DNA of 64,000 bases, taken from Octopus bimaculoides. Lineage: Eukaryota. The notes beneath the pieces are model-generated. The model did no database searches. It was not told the DNA's origin and saw only the letters and a list, made by a program, of their open reading frames with translations. Position numbers and translations under genes: made by a program. This document shows positions 55,701 through 64,000 of this stretch, piece after piece (within the stretch, counting starts at the first letter, position 1; every line of letters begins with the position of its first letter). The stretch covers positions 91,114,958 to 91,178,957 of the forward strand of contig NC_068985.1 of the NCBI RefSeq assembly GCF_001194135.2, in the 5' to 3' direction.

Positions 55701-58397
55701 GTGAAACATTTCTGATAAGCATTAATAATAATTGTTTGTATTTTCTGCACAACAAAGCCAGCAATATTGCAGTGTAGTGTTCGTTCTTTCCATCCACGTA
55801 ATAATACGCCTGTATCTTATAATACAATAATGAGAGTATCAAAGATAATCGGAAGCTCTATGAAATTTGGATTATAACAGAAACAGTCAGAAAAATTGCG
55901 AAATTTTTATGCGACATGTTATCATGTCCAGCAATCCGTTGGTTGAAATGCACTAACGATATTATAAAGAGCACCAAAAATCTGCAATATTGGAAATGTG
56001 TAAATGCTAAATGTATCTAAAAAATACAACACAACGATTGATTCACACAACGCCATATTATCAATCTTTTGTTCTGTATATTACAAAGCCACGTATTATA
56101 TGATGTTTTAGATTTCCCTCACAAATAGAAACCAATAAACAATAAGGGTATTTATATAAGAACACAAGCTGTGGGAACGTAACTTTTCGATGTGTAAATT
56201 CCAAACCCGTTTCTAACAGGTTCATTTAACACAAACACGCGTTTTATACTTCCACTTGTCTTGATAGATTAGTTGCTCTGAAAAGCAGCGCTATAGACAT
56301 CGGTCTTTCAAGTGATGAGTGGTTAACTACAGCTATAATTATGAATGGACAACAATTCTTGGTATATAATGAGTGTTTTAGCTCTTTCGTTATAAAAAAA
56401 TATTTTCTTTATTCAAGTCGAGTCATTTTGAAAATTCTAGTGTTTCAATAAATGTTACAAATAATTTCCCAGTAAAGCAGAAACCAATATATACTACAGA
56501 AGTGCGTTTAAAAAAATGCTTTTAGAAATTATCTAATAATACTCACCCACATTGAAATATTCAGACATAGAAAAATTAATACTTTCCTTTGTGAATATAA
56601 CTGTAAATTGAAATAAAGATTTTGGAATATAATATGAAATGGATACTTCTGAGAAACATTAGACAAGAGGTCTCTTCGTGGTTTTGACTCCAGTATAAAC
56701 TGATTATTATTGTCTGAAATGAAGAAGAATATTTGCAATTTGAACGAGCTGTATCACTTAAGTAAATAATTATGCCAAAATTTGCATTACTTTCCTCAAA
56801 CTGTTGCATATAAATTTGTACGTATAAGTGTGTATGTCTCTGATTCTGTGTTGGTGAAATTTTATATTCATATATGTATACACGTGTGTCTGATAATGTG
56901 AATATTATGCAAAAAGTGATATTTACTGTCAATTAAATCAAAAAGACAACGCAATAATTGGATTTGTCTCATTTAATATATTCTAAGTATTTTGTTTATA
57001 TAAGCTAATATTTATGAGTTTCAAATGAGAATCATTAAAAATTCTACTTCTCAAAACACGATAATATAATATTTGAAAATTACTCTAGAGCTAATTGCTC
57101 AAAATATTAAAAGGTGACTACAGATTGTTGGTTAGTACTTGCATAGCTTCTTTCTAGTTGAAATGATTGTCTGAGTACATAATAGTAAAATGGAAGTAAC
57201 ATGTGACGCTCTTTATATGGCGCTAAAGTTTGTATGGCTTGGATAGCAGTTTCAATTCCCCGAAACTGAAGGAATGCTAGCGAGTAAAACAAGTGTAGCT
57301 CTATATTGTTCAGTAAGTCAATAGCTTCCCTAAAATTAATTCAGCATTTATTCACCTTGGGGAGAATCTCAACAAGGTAGGTGTTGTTTACTTTGACAAT
57401 ACGCAAAAACATCAAATCTTGCTGGGAAAACAATTTTGCTTCACGTCGTGTGTCCAATGCACTTGTTTCAAAAAGGAAGGTAGAACTTTGCATTCACAGC
57501 ACTCAAAGTATAAAAATGAACATACACTTGCAGATGACATGGCGACAGTTGGTTACTTCTCGGAACACGCCTGGCTCATAAGGGGCGGTTTCCCGGTTCC
57601 ATTTGCATATACCGATAATGTAGGGTATCGAAGGGACATCACCATGCTTGAAATAGCAGTCAGATCTTGAATCTAAAACCGCATAATATATATATATACA
57701 AGAGAACATTTTTAATGTGGATTGGTCCTTTAATTGGAGTAGTTTCCAAAATCTCTCTAACGTTGATTGTTCATGTTTTAATTTGAATTTACTGATATAA
57801 TTTGGCGTGGAACAGATACTTTCACAAAAATTAGTATGAACTCGATACCCATGTAAGTCTAAAGTCACCTTTTTTCTGTATTTAGTTTTTATCATATTTC
57901 TTCTTAGTCTTCTACTTATGAGTAATATTTGACAACTCAGATTCTTAAAATGAATTTATTGTCTTTTCTATGCGAAACGATTTTATAGCGAAATGAATGA
58001 ATAAATATTTTATTCCATATTACCAACTAATCTCCTCCAATTTACGAAAGATATAATTGAATTTGACGAAATTAAATCAAGTACTTAATATACTTATATA
58101 CATATTAATACACACACACACACANNNNNNNNNNNNNNNNNNNNNNNNNNNNNNNNNNNNNNNNNNNNNNNNNNNNNNNNNNNNNNNNNNNNNNNNNNNN
58201 NNNNNNNNNNNNNNNNNNNNNNNNNNNNNNNNNNNNNNNNNNNNNNNNNNNNNNNNNNNNNNNNNNNNNNNNNNNNNNNNNNNNNNTATATATATGCATA
58301 CATATGTACATAATTCTTTACTGAGAAACAAAAGATGAAGACAGGTGTATGGACAATAACGTGGTCTATTAGTTTGATGCTCGCGAAAGTGAGAAAG

Positions 58398-58435
58398 GTT
58401 TCTACGTTTCGAGCCTGCGCTCTTCAACAGAAAGG
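58398..58435 (-). ncRNA. Hammerhead-like motif, family B (PLE terminus), core CUGUUGA
   Basis: Minus: CCTTT-CTGTTGA-A-GAGC-GCAG-GCTC-GAAA-CGTA-GAAAC; 4-bp stem II, ACGT palindrome, A6 replaced by U. Confidence 0.55.
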
Positions 58436-59214
58436 AATGGAGAGAGAATAAGCAGAGAGCGAATAAAAAAAGAAATTGTAGATTTAGCGGTCAAGTATGG
58501 CGACTGGTTGGAAAAGAAAGGTTTTGACAAGAGAGGTAGAAAGAAGGGATTATGATAACATATTGGTGATCCCAAAACGAAGGTGCCCGTGCGTGTGCGT
58601 GTGCGTGTGTGTGCGTATGTGACAATATAGAAATGTGTATGCATGGATAGAGGCTAGTAACTTTAAAGTGTGGATATGAGCGTGTGTAATTGTGCATGTG
58701 TAATGGGTGGGTGTAAGGATGCTGGTTTATGCCTTGGGTGCTGGCAAGTGGTCACTGCTAGTGTGTGTGTGTGGTTTGGAGTGGGGTGGTGTGACGTGGT
58801 GTGATGGTGTGGTGATGTGTAGTGTTTTGGGGGTGTGGGTTGGCGCGAGTATGTAGAGTATATTTGGGGTAAGGTGCGGTGTGGTGTGACTCGGATGTGT
58901 AGGCTACAGTTGGGGTAGGGGGATTTGTGGTATGGGGATATGTTGGATGTGAGGTGTGGATGTGGTGTATGTGTGGTGGGGATATGGTGGATATGGTGTG
59001 GAGATGTGGCTGTGGGACTGGAGTAGCGATATGGGGTCGGGATGTTGCTGTGTGGTGGGATGGGATTGCAGTGTGTGATGTTGGGCTTGTGGGTGGAGGA
59101 GGTGTCAGTGAAGAGAGAAGGTTGGTAGGAATGAAGAGAGGAATTAGGTGTCAGAGGAAGAGGGGAGGGGAGATGTGAGTAGGACTGAGGAGACTCAGTG
59201 AGGATAAGAGGGAG

Positions 59215-59836
59215 TTGAGTCCATGTGGTGGAAAAGAGCAAAGAGAGAAGCTTAACTCCCGTTTACGGTTGAGGCGGGAGTCCGGATGTCCCTTGTGCAA
59301 AGACAATCCGAACACAGACAAGTGTTCTAGTGAATGACTGGTAGAGAGGAAATGGCAAGAGACCAAGTTGGCATTGCCGCGTCTGACATCTCGGAGGTGC
59401 TCCACAAACCGGTCCGTCAAATACCGTCCCGTTTGATCGATGTACAGAGAAGCGCATAAAGTGCAGGAGATACAGTAAATGACGTTACTAGAAGTACAGT
59501 TATAGAAGTCGGCAATACGACAGTGACGATGAAGGATGCCTGTGAGGATGGTGGTTTTGGAGATGTAGGTGCAAGTGCTGCAAAATGGCTAGGAGCAGGA
59601 GAACGAGCCAGTTTGTGAGGTACAGTTAGGCAAGTAACTGCTGTCCTGGAAGTCACGCTGTTTGTGGACTCGTTTGAAGGAGGGAAGGGGTAGGTTGGGG
59701 GTGATGTGCGAGGTGGAGGGATCGGACTGGAAACTCCGGAAGTCTCGAAGAAAGGTGCGTTGGAAGGGCAGGTTTGAGGGGTGCTAGGTGAGGGGAACTG
59801 GGTGTCAGGCAACGGCGCGGGGGGTGCAGGGAACAT
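59215..59836 (-). pseudogene. PLE RT-thumb/linker, Cys-rich motif and GIY-YIG endonuclease remnant (in-frame stops)
   Basis: One frame reads HPVPLT*HPSNLPFQRTFLRDFRSFQSDPSTSHITPNLPLPSFKR...GSFSCS*PFCSTCTYI...FYNCTSSNVIYCISCTLCASLYIDQTGRYLTDRFVEHLRDVR...VSCHF...PHGLN; matches the PLE GIY-YIG pattern (NVIYCI.C..C...YIG.TGR....RF.EH). Confidence 0.9.
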
Positions 59837-60041
59837 ATATATAGATATATGTATANNNNNNNNNNNNNNNNNNNNNNNNNNNNNNNNNNNNNNNNNNNNN
59901 NNNNNNNNNNNNNNNNNNNNNNNNNNNNNNNNNNNNNNNNNNNNNNNNNNNNNNNNNNNNNNNNNNNNNNNNNNNNNNNNNNNNNNNNNNNNNNNNNNNN
60001 NNNNNNNNNNNNNNNNNNNNNNNNNNNNNNNNNNNNNNNTA

Positions 60042-60105
<64 letters not shown>

Positions 60106-61530
60106 TGTGTGTGTATGTGTCTGTCTGTATGTGTGTGTGTGTGTGTAAATATACATATATACATATATATATTTACAAACACACAAACACACGCACACAT
60201 ATATATTCAAATCAAATAAACGAACATTAATGTTAACAGTAACAAAGAAGACGAGGATATGCACAAGAAATGCATTAGTTTGACAATCAGTAAATACAGA
60301 GAGTTTTCGACCTTTCAAGCGAAGCTCCTAGTCAGAATGGAAACAAGGAAATGTCCAAAATATGAAAAACAAATCAACAGCACACGTGTAGTTAAACTTC
60401 TGTATATGTATATCATACAGACGGCCACGCGCATGTATGTTTATGTCTTTGTGCGTTTGAATACGTAGGTGTTTTTATCACAACATGCGTCTCAGTAATA
60501 TAAATCTTTAATGTAGCTTGTATTTCGATTTAGAAATAAGGATAAGACGTTCAGCGCCAGCAGACATTTTGTCCTATTCCTTACTATGAATTCATAAGTG
60601 GCACGGAGTGGAGTACACTGGGTAAGTGTTTAAATTGTAGCATCAGAAGCGTTGTGTTTAGTAATTATGTCAAGGCATGATCTTGAGTACCTAGAACTCT
60701 AGAAAATACTTGTAACTAAAAAACCTGGATTAGCAATGAAGATTAAATTCATTACTGGTATTAACAACTTCCAAGTAAAACTTTAGCAACACTTGAAGGA
60801 GATGCTTCAATCTGCCAGTAAATCTCTATTCCTTTTTAGGCAGCAATAACGAGAGATTGGATATAAACGTACACCAAGAAAACACGAAGTTATATAACAA
60901 CAGCACTTCACAAATGAATAAAAGAACTAGCAACGACACGTACAATAAGGTAAACAATGGAGCAAAGCATAAAAAAATGTAAAACAACTGAAAACCAGGC
61001 AATAAACAGATTTTAGTTAACACTGAGCTTTTATAAATTTTAATTATCATTAATTGAATCTAACACTAATTTAATACTATATTTGTTAGAGCAATTAGAT
61101 TTTATGTATTCGCATATTTGAGCGAGTGAATGATACACGCACTGCATGATATTTATATGCATTCTGATACTTAAATAACTTGCTTTAATTAATTAATTGT
61201 TGTCTGAATATCGAGTTGATTAAAAGTGATTTCGGTGAAAATCGAAGACATATCTGACGTGTCTGCTAGAACCCACGCTACGAACAGTTAAGGATCATTT
61301 AAATTGAATAAATTATACTACACTTCACAAAATTACTTTTTCCGTTATCTCATTAAAATTATATCTCAATAGATAATAAATTTTTATCCAACCTGCTGGA
61401 TATTTCCGGCACGAGTGACATCTTAATCACTTTTTCTCCATATTTGTGGTAGCTAAATTTCTCCATGCTGTTTTTAATGGAAAGCTGCTGCTGACGAGCT
61501 CGAAGAAACAGAAATCTAGTTTTAGTCAAT

Positions 61531-61758
61531 ACCGTTCTATATTTAAGAGAAGAGGATTTATTTAGCTTATTTACATTTAACTGATATTTGTCTTCATCTT
61601 GTTTGTTGTTAACACGACGTTTCGGCTGTACTACTCTACAGGTATTTTTCGATGCTGTTTTTGTTGTTGTTATTGTTGCTGTTCTTCTTCTTCTTCTTCT
61701 TCTTCTTCTTCTTCTTCTTCTTCTTCTTCTTCTTCTTCTTCTTCTTCTTCTTCTTCTT

Positions 61759-61848
<90 letters not shown>

Positions 61849-61850
61849 TT
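61531..61850 (-). mobile_element. Family A arm with internal deletion and (AAC)(AAG)(AAT)n tract
   Basis: Reverse complement of the body end; keeps CAGCC-GAAA-CGTC-GTGTT (61611-28), but the CTGATGA half is deleted; followed by (GTT)(CTT)n(TAT)n. Confidence 0.8.
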
Positions 61851-63067
61851 CAGTAGTTTTATTTTTATAACGTGCTTTCACTTCACTACAGAGCGCAGTG
61901 GTGCTCTTATGTTTACTGTATTGAAAGTGTTTTGCGTAGTATGTATGCAGTACCCAGTAGTGCAATTTTCTGTATGTTATATATATTTGTAAGTCCTGGT
62001 GTTTTTGTTATGTATTTGTCTGAATATTTTTTTTTTTATTATACCTAAGGCACCTACTATGATTTTCATTCATATGTTTGTCTGTGGTGTTCTGGATTGG
62101 TGCTTTTTGTACACTATTATACATCTCTACTGTCTGGGTTTGTTGTTTTTTGTTTACTTCGTTTTTGCCGGAAATGTTACGTTTGTCCTCGTGTTTTGCT
62201 ATCTCAGTGTTTATATTATTATTTGGCATTGCTTTGTGACTACTATCTAGATTTTCCTGATGTATTTTTTCTTTCAATTGTTCTATNNNNNNNNNNNNNN
62301 NNNNNNNNNNNNNNNNNNNNNNNNNNNNNNNNNNNNNNNNNNNNNNNNNNNNNNNNNNNNNNNNNNNNNNNNNNNNNNNNNNNNNNNNNNNNNNNNNNNN
62401 NNNNNNNNNNNNNNNNNNNNNNNNNNNNNNNNNNNNNNNNNNNNNNNNNNNNNNNNNNNNNNNNNNNNNNNNNNNNNNNNNNNNNNNNNNNNNNNNNNNN
62501 NNNNNNNNNNNNNNNNNNNNNNNNNNNNNNNNNNNNNNNNNNNNNNNNNNNNNNNNNNNNNNNNNNNNNNNNNNNNNNNNNNNNNNNNNNNNNNNNNNNN
62601 NNNNNNNNNNNNNNNNNNNNNNNNNNNNNNNNNNNNNNNNNNNNNNNNNNNNNNNNNNNNNNNNNNNNNNNNNNNNNNNNNNNNNNNNNNNNNNNNNNNN
62701 NNNNNNNNNNNNNNNNNNNNNNNNNNNNNNNNNNNNNNNNNNNNNNNNNNNNNNNNNNNNNNNNNNNNNNNNNNNNNNNNNNNNNNNNNNNNNNNNNNNN
62801 NNNNNNNNNNNNNNNNNNNNNNNNNNNNNNNNNNNNNNNNNNNNNNNNNNNNNNNNNNNNNNNNNNNNNNNNNNNNNNNNNNNNNNNNNNNNNNNNNNNN
62901 NNNNNNNNNNNNNNNNNNNNNNNNNNNNNNNNNNNNNNNNNNNNNNNNNNNAAACACACGTGTTACATCAAAATACAGACCATCCCCAAACCCAAACACC
63001 ATATACAAAAAATAGCTGACAAAGGGTTGGACTATATCCGAGTAAGTAATACTCATTGAAATTTATC

Positions 63068-63069
<2 letters not shown>

Positions 63070-63149
<80 letters not shown>

Positions 63150-63210
63150 CAAATGCCTGGAATACAACTCGCAATCTTGTGTTAGTATCCCGCATTCTTA
63201 ACGATTACGC

Positions 63211-63263
<53 letters not shown>

Positions 63264-63336
63264 TAATAACAGGTTCGAAATTTCCCCAAGACACCTGATG
63301 ATGGCTGGAGGGTTTATCAGACGAAACGTTAGTTAA
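63070..63336. mobile_element. Family A: (TAT)n + tRNA-like head on minus + (AAT)n + body on plus
   Basis: Head on minus at 63144-63210; plus-strand body from 63270 with CTGATGA (63295-301), GGCTG/CAGAC, GAAACGTT (63323-30). Confidence 0.8.
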
Positions 63337-64000
63337 ATATAAAAATAATTATATTATCTAATAATACTTGTTTTGTTTTGCTTCTTTCCATGGAGAGGGA
63401 CAGCTGTTTACATAGAAAGCAGGATTTGAATGATATACGTCCATTCGATCCAAGCATGATAGAATCCTTTACCCTCAATGTTTCATCTCTACACATACAC
63501 AAACTAATGACACCAAGCAAAGTATTTCTAAACACGCTCTAATCAGTCCTTAATTTAGCACAATCATATTTACAACCTGTTTCAGATTAAAATATGTTGG
63601 TGATTTATACTTTTTGATTTCTATTTCATTTTTCTAATGAATTATTTATCACCTTATTAACTCGTTGAGTTAATCTCTTCTATGAAAATATATTAATATT
63701 TAATCCACTTTTTCTGAAAATCTAATTGAGAAACAAATATGTTTCCTCATGTTTACAAATGTTGCATGCACAAGGAGCATTTTATCATTTCATAGTATTG
63801 TTGAATATGAAAGCATTATTTAAAGATAATTCTATCATGAGAAAATACATCAGGTGAAAAATCATTGATATTTATACATACGTGCGTATATGAGCGTGTG
63901 TCTGTGTGTACATGCATGTGCGTGTGTGCAGGTACCTCAATGCTCATGTGTATGCTTAAGATTATACGCATAATTTCATATATATATATATATATATATA

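Larger units (their letters stand above)
58310..59836 (-). mobile_element. Penelope-like element (Neptune-type), 5'-truncated and decayed: ORF end, 3' UTR and terminal repeat
   Basis: Coding remnant at 59.2-59.8 kb, low-complexity 3' UTR at ~58.66-59.2 kb, terminus similar to 22.6-23.06 kb and carrying a hammerhead-like motif. Confidence 0.85.

Noticed and set aside
57601-57950. snRNA gene downstream of octamer plus GC box
   Set aside because: No recognisable snRNA sequence at the expected distance on either strand
58663-59241. 192-aa Pro/His/Thr-rich ORF
   Set aside because: Low-complexity 3' UTR of the Penelope-like element
46-63535. Most ORFs in the supplied track (CVCV, HTHT, YIYI, poly-X)
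   Set aside because: They are translations of dinucleotide repeats or run through N-gaps

Overview
AT-rich, microsatellite-dense eukaryotic DNA from a short-read assembly (13 N-gaps, most flanked by (TA)n/(CA)n). The repeat families look like those of an octopus/coleoid cephalopod; this is inferred from recognising the SINEs, not from a database search. No host protein-coding gene can be called with confidence, and almost all listed ORFs are microsatellite or gap artefacts. The window holds several tRNA-derived SINE families, decayed LINE fragments (R4/Dong-like, CR1/L2-like, RTE-like), a probable solo LTR, and a decayed Neptune-type Penelope-like element (PLE) with RT linker, Cys-rich motif and GIY-YIG endonuclease. 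The most notable signal is two separate families of minimal, dimer-type (type I) hammerhead ribozyme motifs. Family A sits in a non-autonomous element built as tRNA-like Pol III head + (AAT)n + hammerhead-bearing body, and occurs twice as a head-to-head fold-back. Family B sits in the 3' terminus of the PLE and has a non-canonical CUGUUGA core in both copies.
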